Positions 1 to 9,158 of a stretch of DNA of 64,000 bases are shown here, piece by piece; the first letter of the stretch is position 1, and every line of letters starts with the position of its first letter. The notes beneath the pieces were generated by a model. It was not told the DNA's origin, did not search any database, and was given only the letters and a program-made list of their open reading frames with translations. The DNA lies in the IMG/VR virus record IMGVR_UViG_3300044259_000047, positions 1 through 64,000 of that record, one strand, 5' to 3'. The stretch is from a virus (lineage: Duplodnaviria > Caudoviricetes). Both the position numbers and the translations under genes were made by a program.

Positions 1-77
1 TGTATGAAGACTATAAGAGTTTTCATTTGTTTTGTTCCCTTGCTATCTTTGATAGCGTTTGCTTTCTGTATGTCTTC

Positions 78-106
78 ATTATGGGCTGATCCTTGAGTCG
101 TGTCAA
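78..106 (-). promoter_or_regulatory. sigma70-like promoter
   Basis: TTGACA-17 bp-CATAAT on minus strand, intergenic. Confidence 0.75.
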
Positions 107-132
107 GCTTTTCTTTAAAAATTATTTCCTTA

Positions 133-519
133 TCATACAGCCATCCAAATCACTTGCCTACGACCACGACCGATGCTATCAGCCTTCCCATGCTTTACAA
201 ACATTCCTTCTTTCTTGCTAAGCCAATTCAACTGATTGTTCAAAGTGACAGGATCAGTATGCAGTTGCTGTGCCAATTGCTTCACAAGGAAGGGTTTATT
301 AGTCAACTGTTGTTTGCAAGCTTTAAGAGCTTCGCGAACACGAATACCTTCTTCACTAGCGGGGCGACCACGTTGCCCATTAGAGCATTCTTTCTTAGCT
401 TTAACAGGGACTTCAGCTTTGAAAATCTCTTCAATGAAAGCACAGAGCTTTTCACGAGAGGTTTTGTTAGCCTTAGCATAAGCGTTGATAGATTCGATAG
501 CTTGGATAGAAAGAGCCAT
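133..519 (-). CDS. hypothetical basic protein, possible winged-helix C-terminus
   Basis: 128 aa ORF with GAGG RBS; helix-turn-helix-like segment followed by GRGRRQVIW wing-like motif. Confidence 0.7.
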   Translation of the reverse strand: MALSIQAIESINAYAKANKTSREKLCAFIEEIFKAEVPVKAKKECSNGQRGRPASEEGIRVREALKACKQQLTNKPFLVKQLAQQLHTDPVTLNNQLNWLSKKEGMFVKHGKADSIGRGRRQVIWMAV

Positions 520-634
520 GATTGTAGCCTCTTTGAGTATTATGGGTTTGTGTTGCTGTTAAGAACAGTCTTAGTATAAGAAGAATCATATTGTAAACCT
601 CTCAAAAAAAAGCAAGAGGTTTATGTAAAATTAT

Positions 635-829
635 TCAGAATTCCTTATCATTGACATCAGGTGCTTTGGGTTTCTGCATCCAGTGGCTATAGTCCATGGC
701 CCTATAAAACTCCTCTTCTCGCCAAGCGACATCATCCCATACGAGAATGTAACCATGGAAGTCTGCGTCATGTACAGTCGGCAGTACTTCTGAAGACTTG
801 AAATAGTACATTTCTTTGTGGATTTTCAT
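635..829 (-). CDS. hypothetical protein, DUF551-like
   Basis: AGGAGA RBS; C-terminal SHWMxxPxxP motif. Confidence 0.65.
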   Translation of the reverse strand: MKIHKEMYYFKSSEVLPTVHDADFHGYILVWDDVAWREEEFYRAMDYSHWMQKPKAPDVNDKEF

Positions 830-874
830 TTTCTATCTCCTTTGCTCAATTGAGCTTCTGTCTTTGTTAAACGA

Positions 875-903
875 ATCATAGACCTATCCACCATCCATGT
901 CAA
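875..903 (-). promoter_or_regulatory. sigma70-like early promoter
   Basis: TTGACA-17-TATGAT; downstream 20 nt identical to promoter at 8199-8227. Confidence 0.85.
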
Positions 904-940
904 GCCTTTTCACAAAGAATTTTTCATTTATTTTAAACGA

Positions 941-962
941 AGAAAGGAGCACTAAGGCTCCT
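941..962 (-). terminator. intrinsic terminator
   Basis: AGGAGC-6-GCTCCT hairpin followed by U-rich run on minus strand. Confidence 0.5.
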
Positions 963-1134
963 AATCGGTATGCTTTTCCCAGTTACCGACCTTACCACGT
1001 ACCCACTCATGCAGACGGATATGACCGCACTTATTGCATTGACTGATGACAACAAGGTGTCTCCATGTAAGCTCTTTATTGCTGTGGATCTTATAATTAT
1101 GACCTGTTAGCACACAACGCAGTCTTGTAAACAC
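961..1134 (-). CDS. small Zn-binding hypothetical protein (57 aa, not in ORF track)
   Basis: GGAGA RBS, GTG start; CxxxGH and CxxCG motifs. Confidence 0.6.
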   Translation of the reverse strand: MFTRLRCVLTGHNYKIHSNKELTWRHLVVISQCNKCGHIRLHEWVRGKVGNWEKHTD

Positions 1135-1137
1135 AAT

Positions 1138-1419
1138 TCAATCTCCATAAAACCCACTGTAGTCTACGCTGTTCTGTTGTTTTCTTTGTTCCCATACATC
1201 CTCACTAGTCAGCTTAGAAAACCCATATTCTGTATCAATCCTATCATATCCGTCCCCACACCACTTATACAAACGTTCTGTCTTCCTGTCATATTTGTAG
1301 CATGAATCAGAATTAGAGAGCCATACTGTGGTGCTTTCAATGTACGAGACAATCAACAGAATGTAGTTGTACTGATCTGTAAAAAGCCTATATTGATCTT
1401 GCTCTTTAAAATCTTTCAT
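1138..1419 (-). CDS. hypothetical protein
   Basis: GGAGG RBS before internal ATG of the track ORF. Confidence 0.65.
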   Translation of the reverse strand: MKDFKEQDQYRLFTDQYNYILLIVSYIESTTVWLSNSDSCYKYDRKTERLYKWCGDGYDRIDTEYGFSKLTSEDVWEQRKQQNSVDYSGFYGD

Positions 1420-1699
1420 AGCTAAGTTTAACCTCCGCTTCTTTCCACCAATCAAATTTTCGCACATACTTGACAAACTGATGTGCAGCCTCTTCTACAA
1501 TCCCCGCATGATTGTGTTCAAAAGTGACTGTAACTTCTTCATCACCATACCTACAATCAAAATCAGCCTTAACTGTAGGCCATTGCGTATTCATTAGCTC
1601 AACATTCTTTTCAAATTCTGTTGAATCAAACTTGTCGGCTAGCACGTTGATAGAAACCTTATGAATAGATGAATGCTTGAAAGGAATAAAATCAAACAT
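1406..1699 (-). CDS. hypothetical protein
   Basis: 97 aa ORF in packed operon, GGAG RBS. Confidence 0.7.
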   Translation of the reverse strand: MFDFIPFKHSSIHKVSINVLADKFDSTEFEKNVELMNTQWPTVKADFDCRYGDEEVTVTFEHNHAGIVEEAAHQFVKYVRKFDWWKEAEVKLSYERF

Positions 1700-1875
1700 T
1701 AAACACTCTCCATATACATACGTTTAAAACCCCTTACAACATTATTCTTACGCTTATTTGTCTTTTGTTTGCATATGCTGTCTCTTTCAGATACCTTCTT
1801 CCCAGAAGGCCGAATAGCTTCAAAAGAGATGTGTGTTTCGTTCATGTTGTGAAGTGATGCGTAGTTGATTTTCAT
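1699..1875 (-). CDS. hypothetical basic protein
   Basis: start trimmed to MKINY; ATGA overlap with upstream stop. Confidence 0.55.
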   Translation of the reverse strand: MKINYASLHNMNETHISFEAIRPSGKKVSERDSICKQKTNKRKNNVVRGFKRMYMESV

Positions 1876-2087
1876 TTGGTGTTTTCCTGAACACAAGTAA
1901 TATACCGTGCAAAAATGATATCTACAGCTCGGGTCTTGTCTTCACAATAAAATAATTGTGAATCTGTTAGTGTAGGAGCAAGATAAAACTCATTTAAAAA
2001 GGCTTGGCCAAAACGCTGATCAGGATATTGTCCATCCATGAAACGTATTGCAAATTCAGTGTAATCGCCAATATAAACCTCTTCCAT
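1872..2087 (-). CDS. hypothetical protein
   Basis: GGAGA RBS; QRFGQAFLN motif seen in small phage proteins. Confidence 0.7.
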   Translation of the reverse strand: MEEVYIGDYTEFAIRFMDGQYPDQRFGQAFLNEFYLAPTLTDSQLFYCEDKTRAVDIIFARYITCVQENTK

Positions 2088-2577
2088 CTCAATTCTCCAC
2101 TAACTGTGGTTAATAACTCGTTTGATGTTTATTTCAAATTGATTAAATTCTCCCTTCCATCGTTCGATGAACTCGGTAAGCAGCTCCTGTCTTCCGGATT
2201 TATAACGCTCGCCATTATAACAAATAATTTCCCATTGCATCTCAATTTTCCTCATTAATCTTTGCTTGCCACACACCATTTTCCCGCCAAAGCTTGTAGC
2301 TCTGTTTTATGCTGTTAGCGAAAGCTAACGTCTGCCAAGTTTGAATGTTTTGTAATGCGATGTCAAGGCTTTTCATGATTCAATCCTCTCATAGTATTCC
2401 ACAAAGATATCATTCCCATAAAAGTTCTTTAGTACAGAAAGAATCTGTTCGTAACTGTTTGCAGGAAGTTCTACAGACTCCTCATAAGAGCCAAGATGAT
2501 CAAACCAAATGAAGTCTACACGGTATTTAGTCATTTTAAATCTCCTTTAAAACACAAGTTTTGCTGCTGTTAGAGCC

Positions 2578-2606
2578 ATTGTGCTGCTAACCACGAAGTA
2601 TGTAAA
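2578..2606 (-). promoter_or_regulatory. sigma70-like promoter with upstream ATAG-N7-CTAT box
   Basis: TTTACA-17-CACAAT; ATAGcttctgtCTAT at 2639-2653. Confidence 0.5.
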
Positions 2607-2888
2607 TTGATGATTATTAATCCAATCTGCCACTTTCGATAGCTTCTGTCTATCAATCTTCTGCATAAATTGGTGGGATAATTCTCACTGGGTAAGCTGC
2701 TGCGCACTCAAAAGCTCTGATTCGTGCTGCTTCTTCTGTATCAAACCTCAAGCAAACGTCTGTGAGGATGTAGTACAGGGTCCACTTTGTTTTGTGTGCT
2801 TTAGGATGCATTTTGAGTCTTCCTTAAAAGATGATATTTACTGTTGTAAATAGAAGTGTACTTGATCCCACAAATACTGCCCAATCGT

Positions 2889-3926
2889 TTAGCTGCCCTT
2901 GTCTTTCTTCATCCTACTATAGCGTCTAATTTTAGGAAGGTCAAGAGAAATTGCACCCAATTCTTTATAAATTTTCTCAATCTTTTCAATGTCGTCAATA
3001 GAACATGTCTCTGACCAACCGACAGGTAGTTGTTCTTTTGTCAAAACACTTTGAACGACCTTCTTACAGTCCAGCTCTGCCCTACAGCATGAATAGCTGT
3101 CTGGAAACTGCCAATATGAAATAAGTTCGAAGATGTTCCCGGAAAATCTATTTGAATACTTGAGCAAAGCCAGTCTTTGATTTATTGCGTATGTTATTCC
3201 AAATTTTAACGCAATGATGGCACCTTCCGAGTTCTTTACTTTAAAAATGTAACCTTTAGTCTGTTTTGCAGACCTACATGCACATTTCTTTTTCCCTTTT
3301 TGTATAACATCTGACATATCTTCGGCGTATTTACCACATTCACCACAAATGTAACTCCACCATACTCTGGCCTGATTACCGCCTTTAGTGTGAGAAGTTT
3401 TCATTGGCAATCTTATGAACTCTGTATCTGGATGCCAATCCGCCTTCTCAAAGAAAGATTTTATCATCTCATCGTCTGGTTTATTATTTGCACAGACTTT
3501 ACAACCCTGACTCAAGAGTAAATGCTGGACCGATTTAATAAATTCTCCGTGGATACGACACATAAACTTAAGTTTAGTTGTATATTTAATAGACTCTTTA
3601 GGTATACTATCTTCTAGCAATTGAACCCCAAGTTCTTCACACCGCCTCTTGATGATAACCAGATACTGCCATTGTTCCCATGTTCACACTTCGTTACAAC
3701 CGCAAGGAAGTCTTCCTGAACGAATTTTTGGCAAGGTTGTTACAAACATACCTCGAAGAAAAAGTTCAGCATCTTTCTTGCACTCTGTACACTCCGCCAC
3801 ATATTGACCTCCTACTGGATCAGGGCTAAGTTTACCTATAATCTTCAGTTGACCAAGCTTTCCAAATGACTCAAACAACATACTGTCCATAGGTTTATAA
3901 CTGTCATTATCTTTCAAAACTTTCAT
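2889..3926 (-). pseudogene. homing endonuclease-like gene (Cys-rich, Hef/GIY-YIG-like) interrupted by one in-frame TGA
   Basis: track ORFs 3684..3926 and 2889..3620 are in the same frame; only TGA at 3684-3686 separates them (PCGCNEV*TWEQWQY); CxxC, CxxHG and GYIF..KFGIT motifs. Confidence 0.7.
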
Positions 3927-4549
3927 AAAATTACCTTTAAAATACTAAATAAAATTGAACTGCATACTGCCATATAGCAAAAATCATTCTTAGCTAAGAA
4001 GGTGAGAGCTTTTGATAGAAAATTGCTATCTCTGATAGCAGCCTTTTTAGCGTCTTTAAAACGATTTCCCTCTGTAGCAATACGTTTGCTTGTCTTAAAG
4101 CTTTTCTCGCTTTTTACGCGTGTTTTTCCCAAAGAAATAGCTTCTTCCTCTTCGATTTCAAAGGGAGCACGTACAGATTTTGCTTTGTTTAGCAAGAAAA
4201 GTGCCCTGTCTCTCTTCGCACTGACAACGGAAAGTAGCAAAGAGTACTCATCAATGTCAATGTTTCCTTTCTGGTACTCTTGTACCAACTCTTTAAGCTG
4301 TTCGGTTAGTCGCTCAACACGGCTAGCTTGTGGGAGGATCTTCTGCTGGATTGTGAGGGATGATTTCTTTTTAGGTTTACGAGCTTCTAAAGCTTCGTCT
4401 GAAAATGCACCAACACGAGCACGACCTTGTTTGTCGAATGTGGCGATGTCAGCAGATTTGTCACCACGATATTGACCGTTACCACCTGACCATTGGTTGT
4501 GGTCGCTGGCTGCATCAATCCACGAAGGCTGGATGTACATACGAGTCAC
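3923..4549 (-). CDS. hypothetical protein with C-terminal hydrophobic segment
   Basis: 208 aa, GGAGG RBS before GTG, own promoter. Confidence 0.75.
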   Translation of the reverse strand: MTRMYIQPSWIDAASDHNQWSGGNGQYRGDKSADIATFDKQGRARVGAFSDEALEARKPKKKSSLTIQQKILPQASRVERLTEQLKELVQEYQKGNIDIDEYSLLLSVVSAKRDRALFLLNKAKSVRAPFEIEEEEAISLGKTRVKSEKSFKTSKRIATEGNRFKDAKKAAIRDSNFLSKALTFLAKNDFCYMAVCSSILFSILKVIL

Positions 4550-4570
4550 GATAAACCTCCAAAAGCAAGA

Positions 4571-4619
4571 AAACCCTAAGATTTGTGATTATCTTAGGGT
4601 TTCAGGAGGTTTGTGTCAA
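4571..4619 (-). promoter_or_regulatory. sigma70 promoter overlapped by 12-bp inverted repeat (terminator/operator)
   Basis: TTGACA-17-TAAGAT; AAACCCTAAGAT-8-ATCTTAGGGTTT followed by U-rich tract. Confidence 0.7.
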
Positions 4620-4628
4620 CACAAAATT

Positions 4629-4988
4629 TTAGAATTTTGGAATACTCTTTCGTAGACGTTCTATCTCTGCCTCTAGAACACCAATCCTGAAAGCGATTCT
4701 GCCTGCATCTTCTTGGTTTTCTTGTTGTTCTCTGCTCCAAATTAGCTTTAATTTTTTACTTGGATTCAAAATGTCGTTGAGGTAAACATCATAAACTTCT
4801 GTAATATCCTAAATGAACTTATTTGCATGTAGATCTTGAGTATAGTTGTCTAAATAGTTATAACCCCCACCGTCTTTAGCATCATACACAATCAAACCCA
4901 TATCACGAATTACAATCCCTGTCACTGGACCGGTTTTCTTGTTTCCATGTACTACACGCATACCACTTTTTAGTTCACTCTTGTTCAT
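4629..4988 (-). pseudogene. hypothetical phage gene with single in-frame TAG
   Basis: MNKSELKSGM...HANKFI*DITEVY...LIWSRE...PKF; one TAG at 4809-4811 in an otherwise open 119-codon frame. Confidence 0.65.
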
Positions 4989-4999
4989 TTAAAATTACC

Positions 5000-5311
5000 C
5001 TATTTAAATGTTTCCACATACATCTGAGCTTCTTTATCAAACGTCCAGCTTCTGCCTAATACTGTGTAATCAGCTTTATCATTTGCGAAGGCATGAGCAC
5101 CAACACCACAAGCTTTACGAAGTTCCAATAGTTCAGACGGAGTATAGCGACCAGACAAACTTGCTTTGTCAACTTCTGATGCACATACATTAAAATAACT
5201 ATTAAACAAAGCTTCCTTTTGCTTTGTATGTGCTGTATAGCGGTCGTATGTTCCGAAGCTTGTGAATGCAATGCTTGCGATTAATGCTGAGATTGATAGG
5301 AGTTTATTCAT
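5000..5311 (-). CDS. hypothetical membrane-anchored/secreted protein
   Basis: GGAGG RBS; N-terminal hydrophobic signal-like helix. Confidence 0.7.
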   Translation of the reverse strand: MNKLLSISALIASIAFTSFGTYDRYTAHTKQKEALFNSYFNVCASEVDKASLSGRYTPSELLELRKACGVGAHAFANDKADYTVLGRSWTFDKEAQMYVETFK

Positions 5312-5487
5312 TCCTCCTCCCACTTAGCAATCGGAAGAACGCAAACACGAGTAAATGCCTCTGGTCCTACTTGGATAATGAAATCATTATCAAAAGTGAA
5401 GTCCAGATAAATCTCACTTTCTAAGTGGCCTTCGCCAAAAGAAGCTTTGATGTTGTCAATTGCTGCTTGCAGGTCTTTAAGTTTCAT
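5308..5487 (-). CDS. hypothetical protein (59 aa, not in track)
   Basis: AGGAGA RBS, MKLKDLQ..., ATGA overlap with next gene. Confidence 0.65.
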   Translation of the reverse strand: MKLKDLQAAIDNIKASFGEGHLESEIYLDFTFDNDFIIQVGPEAFTRVCVLPIAKWEEE

Positions 5488-5922
5488 CTCAAATCTCCTA
5501 ATTTAAATTAATTTAGCCTTTCAGCTTATCTACCATCACGTTAATAAGCCTTACTTGAGGGCTATATTGGCGTTTGTGAATTTTTGTGTTTTCATGCTTC
5601 CGGCTCTTAAGGGAGCAATTTACTACTTAATTCTTTGAATTTTTCCAATAAATAAAGATAGTCATCATACAGAATGAAATCTCCGCAATTATCTTCATAC
5701 ATAACGTAATCCACCTGAGAGTATCTTTTTACTTCATACCCCATATTTAACTCTTGAGCTTGTTCTTGTAACTCAATAAGCTCGGTACTTTTATAATTAG
5801 ACGGATGATTTTTCCACTCATCCTCAGCTTTCTTACTGAGAATCTTGCTCATTTTAGACATAGGAGATTCTTCTGTCTTCATCTCAAACCTCATAACTTA
5901 AATTAATTTAGCCTTTCAGCTT
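5483..5922. repeat. 45-bp direct repeat pair (5483-5527 and 5878-5922)
   Basis: 42/45 identical; each copy covers a gene end, spacer, RBS and start codon. Confidence 0.85.
5607..5882 (-). CDS. hypothetical protein
   Basis: GAGG RBS inside repeat copy. Confidence 0.6.
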   Translation of the reverse strand: MKTEESPMSKMSKILSKKAEDEWKNHPSNYKSTELIELQEQAQELNMGYEVKRYSQVDYVMYEDNCGDFILYDDYLYLLEKFKELSSKLLP

Positions 5923-6123
5923 GCCCGTGCAAACATTGTAGATGGCTTCAATCTCTTTTGCAAGCTCTTTTTGATCTTCCCATGAAATACTTCCATCCAA
6001 TCCCCAAGCTTCAACAAGGGTTTCAGAACGTTGGAAAGCTCCATACAACCACTCATGTGAGCTTTGTTTGAGCATCAATCCATAGCTGTTGCGGATGTAG
6101 GCTATTTTCTCTGAGGTTGTCAT
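5908..6123 (-). CDS. hypothetical protein
   Basis: overlapping operon ORF. Confidence 0.7.
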   Translation of the reverse strand: MTTSEKIAYIRNSYGLMLKQSSHEWLYGAFQRSETLVEAWGLDGSISWEDQKELAKEIEAIYNVCTGKLKG

Positions 6124-6302
6124 TCTTCTACTACCTCGTATTCACCCTCCATTAGTGCTGAGTTTTGCCCCACATCATCAACAATAAGAGCCATTCCAGA
6201 CTTGGTGATCAGGGTGCATTCATAAATTTGACCAAGAGTTATATCATCTTCTCCATACCACCCTTTATAGCCTTTATCAATTTTAATGAGTCTAACTTTC
6301 AT
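6120..6302 (-). CDS. hypothetical SH3-like small protein
   Basis: GAGGAG RBS; beta-rich pattern. Confidence 0.7.
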   Translation of the reverse strand: MKVRLIKIDKGYKGWYGEDDITLGQIYECTLITKSGMALIVDDVGQNSALMEGEYEVVEE

Positions 6303-6305
6303 TTT

Positions 6306-6515
6306 CTACTCCTCAATAAGCTTCTCAAGAACCACACGACTACTATCGCTCAATCCGCTGTCTGTGTCAAGGATGTGTTGAACTAGAAGCTTTTGCCCCT
6401 CGTGGGTTTTGATTCCATACTGCTGTGCCCCTACCCATCCAGAAAAGGCGTCTGCATAATTAATCATAACTTGATCAAGCTCGTGTAGTGAGTAATACCA
6501 CTCGTCAAAGGTCAT
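6306..6515 (-). CDS. hypothetical protein
   Basis: ATGA overlap in operon. Confidence 0.65.
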   Translation of the reverse strand: MTFDEWYYSLHELDQVMINYADAFSGWVGAQQYGIKTHEGQKLLVQHILDTDSGLSDSSRVVLEKLIEE

Positions 6516-6832
6516 TTCAGACTCTCTTTAATCAGCCTCAACTCTTCTTCTGTCAGTTTACTTAAAGCTTTCTTGAGATTCTTTTCTTTCTGTTTCTCTC
6601 GGATATCTTCAACGTCTTTAAATTGCATCGGATTTGTTTCTATGATGTATACCCAATCGTCATAGATGATTGCATTCTTCTCGTGAATCCTACCAGCACC
6701 ACCATACCAACCCTTACCAATAGATTCAAGCTCAGCGTCAGCCTGATTACGACAAACACTCACAATCTTACCAAGACGCTCGTACTCGTCGAGCGTTTCA
6801 TATACAACCCAAACTGATTTGATATCCATCAC
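6512..6832 (-). CDS. hypothetical protein
   Basis: AGGAGA RBS; C-terminal ALSKLTEEE motif common in phage proteins. Confidence 0.7.
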   Translation of the reverse strand: MMDIKSVWVVYETLDEYERLGKIVSVCRNQADAELESIGKGWYGGAGRIHEKNAIIYDDWVYIIETNPMQFKDVEDIREKQKEKNLKKALSKLTEEELRLIKESLK

Positions 6833-7365
6833 ACAATCTCCTTATATTTATCAGCCTGACAACGCATACTGTTTGAATATCCTCCGGGCTCACCCATCCG
6901 ATGACAACCATTAATCAAAGGAATTCCAGCTTGACAACCATCACACTGATTCTTAACTGGGAAAACCTCCTTAAGATTTCCTGAGATTCGATGATAGCCA
7001 CCAGCAACACCGAAGTCAAGGTTACAAGCACCGATTGCAATAAAATTACGCTCATAGGTATCGTGCTTTGTCAAGGTTCGTCGTTGACCTGTAGTTTGAC
7101 ACTCAAAAGTCCTTCCAGCCCATTGAAGCTCAAGGTGTTTGTCAGCCAACATGTCAACCCAAGAGTGATAGCTTTCATCTTCTGGAAAGCCCCACAGATG
7201 TTGCAACGAAAATTCAGCAGACCGCACAAGATCACGAGCTTCTTGGTAATCAACCTCAAGTGTATAGCTAGAGATAAGGCGTTCTAGTAGTGTATGTAAA
7301 GCATTAATAGCTTCGATGTTCTCTTGGCTAATGTTTCGCTGTTTGGCTAGTTCCATGTTGATCAT
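6829..7365 (-). CDS. hypothetical protein with C-terminal Cys/His motif
   Basis: 178 aa; CDGC..H..C. Confidence 0.75.
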   Translation of the reverse strand: MINMELAKQRNISQENIEAINALHTLLERLISSYTLEVDYQEARDLVRSAEFSLQHLWGFPEDESYHSWVDMLADKHLELQWAGRTFECQTTGQRRTLTKHDTYERNFIAIGACNLDFGVAGGYHRISGNLKEVFPVKNQCDGCQAGIPLINGCHRMGEPGGYSNSMRCQADKYKEIV

Positions 7366-7368
7366 TGT

Positions 7369-7644
7369 CTATTCCTCCACAACCCAAGTAGAACGATTAT
7401 TCGGTGCCCACACGTAACCATGTTCAGGATTGCTTGTAAGCTTGTTCCACATTTCCTCTGTGACAATGCAAAGCTTAGGCTTATCGTAAGTGTCCCATCC
7501 GTGTTGACTGCGAGGACGATTATTAAGTTCTGTTACTTTAGCTTGCAAAAACTCTTTGTTCAAGCAAACAATGTAGCCGTCAGGACGAACACCCCAACCA
7601 GCTTCGTATTCGGTGCAGGCGCTGTAGTAGGCAACGTTAGTCAT
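7369..7644 (-). CDS. hypothetical protein
   Basis: AGGAGAAACAAA RBS; EYEAGWGVRPDG motif. Confidence 0.75.
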   Translation of the reverse strand: MTNVAYYSACTEYEAGWGVRPDGYIVCLNKEFLQAKVTELNNRPRSQHGWDTYDKPKLCIVTEEMWNKLTSNPEHGYVWAPNNRSTWVVEE

Positions 7645-7853
7645 TTTGTTTCTCCTTCCGACGCTTGGTAACGTTCCAGAGCTTCCATACTATTGACCCA
7701 CCATTTCAACTTTGTAGCCTCCTGCTTGAACTCCTCAAAGTTCCAACCCCGCCAAGCAAATTCCTCTTTAAGCTGCTCTCGCTCATCGCTATCAGGGTAG
7801 TTCATTTGCCACTCAAGGCAGAATTCATAGAGGTAATCGGTGTTGATCGTCAT
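7641..7853 (-). CDS. hypothetical protein
   Basis: AGGAGA RBS. Confidence 0.7.
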   Translation of the reverse strand: MTINTDYLYEFCLEWQMNYPDSDEREQLKEEFAWRGWNFEEFKQEATKLKWWVNSMEALERYQASEGETK

Positions 7854-7864
7854 TGGTTTTCTCC

Positions 7865-8173
7865 TTAGTCTTCAAATTCGTAATCTGCATCACCGCAAGT
7901 GACGCGCTTCAGGGTTTCAAGGTTGCAATTTAACCAACCTTTCTTGTTGATGTCAACACAAGAATAGTAGTTTGGTTTGTGAGCTACAGTGCTTTTGTGT
8001 GCCTTTGAAGCATGACCTTCAGCGAACATAGCATGTTGCATGTGTTGAACAATGGCTACACGAAGGCTCTTATCGGCTTTTAGAAACTCGATGTTTACAT
8101 ACTTACCCTTGAATGAGTCAAGCAGTTCACGTTTACGTTCGATGGACCAGTTTTTGCATTTCATGGCTTTCAT
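7865..8173 (-). CDS. WYL-like/SH3 beta-barrel protein
   Basis: VxIEFxKxDxSxR...D(I)xKKGWxxxxLE pattern; start trimmed because the promoter lies inside the track ORF. Confidence 0.6.
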   Translation of the reverse strand: MKAMKCKNWSIERKRELLDSFKGKYVNIEFLKADKSLRVAIVQHMQHAMFAEGHASKAHKSTVAHKPNYYSCVDINKKGWLNCNLETLKRVTCGDADYEFED

Positions 8174-8198
8174 TCCTGTGTTTTGCTTTGTTAAACGA

Positions 8199-8227
8199 AT
8201 CATAGCTCCAGCAGCACAGCATGTCAA
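8199..8227 (-). promoter_or_regulatory. sigma70-like early promoter
   Basis: TTGACA-17-TATGAT. Confidence 0.85.
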
Positions 8228-8275
8228 CACATTTTTCAAAAATAAAAATAGGGGAGGGCTATCGCCCAGTCCCCC

Positions 8276-8533
8276 TTATTCCATATCATCAAAAATTCTA
8301 GCTTCTACCAACGTTTTGTGAATATTGTGTAACGCTATCCAATATTCCTTTGTGTCTTGATTGCTGTGTTCTGGAATGTCAGACCATATATCTAAATGCG
8401 AACTGTATGCGATTAGTGCAAGATTCAGTGCGTACCTAAGATCGTCTGCGGCCAGTCGAGCATTCTCGTTTTGCTCTGACTGAATAATATCGTCAAGAAT
8501 TTGTAAAGCTTTTTCTTTATTATACATTACCAA
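8276..8533 (-). CDS. hypothetical protein
   Basis: operon ORF followed by hairpin and U-run. Confidence 0.65.
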   Translation of the reverse strand: MVMYNKEKALQILDDIIQSEQNENARLAADDLRYALNLALIAYSSHLDIWSDIPEHSNQDTKEYWIALHNIHKTLVEARIFDDME

Positions 8534-8787
8534 TCCTTTTCAAATGTAAATGTTTCATTTGTGAATCGACGGAATACATCAGTACACATCTTAAAACGAT
8601 CATGGTAAACAAGGCCAAGTGTCTTACATTTCAAGGCTGTCTGGCGGTATTTATTAGCTCCGTCCCTATTGAATTTGTTATTTACTCTTGAGGTTGCAAG
8701 TTCTGCAAACAGCATCAAACGATCAAACTTGTCTAGCCAATTATCAAGAACTCGTTTTGCCTCTTGTTCATGCCACATCATAATCAT
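8527..8787 (-). CDS. hypothetical protein
   Basis: GGAGA RBS. Confidence 0.65.
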   Translation of the reverse strand: MIMMWHEQEAKRVLDNWLDKFDRLMLFAELATSRVNNKFNRDGANKYRQTALKCKTLGLVYHDRFKMCTDVFRRFTNETFTFEKDW

Positions 8788-9158
8788 TCTCCAATAGTTA
8801 CTTGAACACTTGTAATAAATTTCGCCTCAGCGATTGCCAGTCTGCATGATGGGCAAGGCCAGGCATCCATCTTCTGTCCTTTACTACCAACTCTTGCCAC
8901 ATACAATGTGCAATCTTTAGGATTCATTTTAGCAGCTTTCAAAATACTTCTCAACTCTGAATGTAAGTAACAGCGCTCTGGGTCAAATCCAGCTTTCACA
9001 CTGTAGTGCTTCTGTAGAGTATGGCTTTTCTCATACAGATTTTGGCTTTCACTAAGGATTTTACCACGTTTAGAAACGATTAGTGAATACACCCTTGCTC
9101 TCCCCTTGATATAGGGAATCGAGCGTGCTTTGTCTGTGCAGAGCTGTATAAAAGACAT
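8784..9158 (-). CDS. Zn-dependent cytidine/dCMP deaminase-like protein
   Basis: HSE and PCPSC motifs of the CDA superfamily. Confidence 0.75.
   Translation of the reverse strand: MSFIQLCTDKARSIPYIKGRARVYSLIVSKRGKILSESQNLYEKSHTLQKHYSVKAGFDPERCYLHSELRSILKAAKMNPKDCTLYVARVGSKGQKMDAWPCPSCRLAIAEAKFITSVQVTIGE

Noticed and set aside
2889-4988. Genome-wide stop codon reassignment suggested by in-frame TGA and TAG
   Set aside because: Two different codons, all core genes are intact in the standard code, TAG and TGA end other genes normally, and no suppressor tRNA is in the window.
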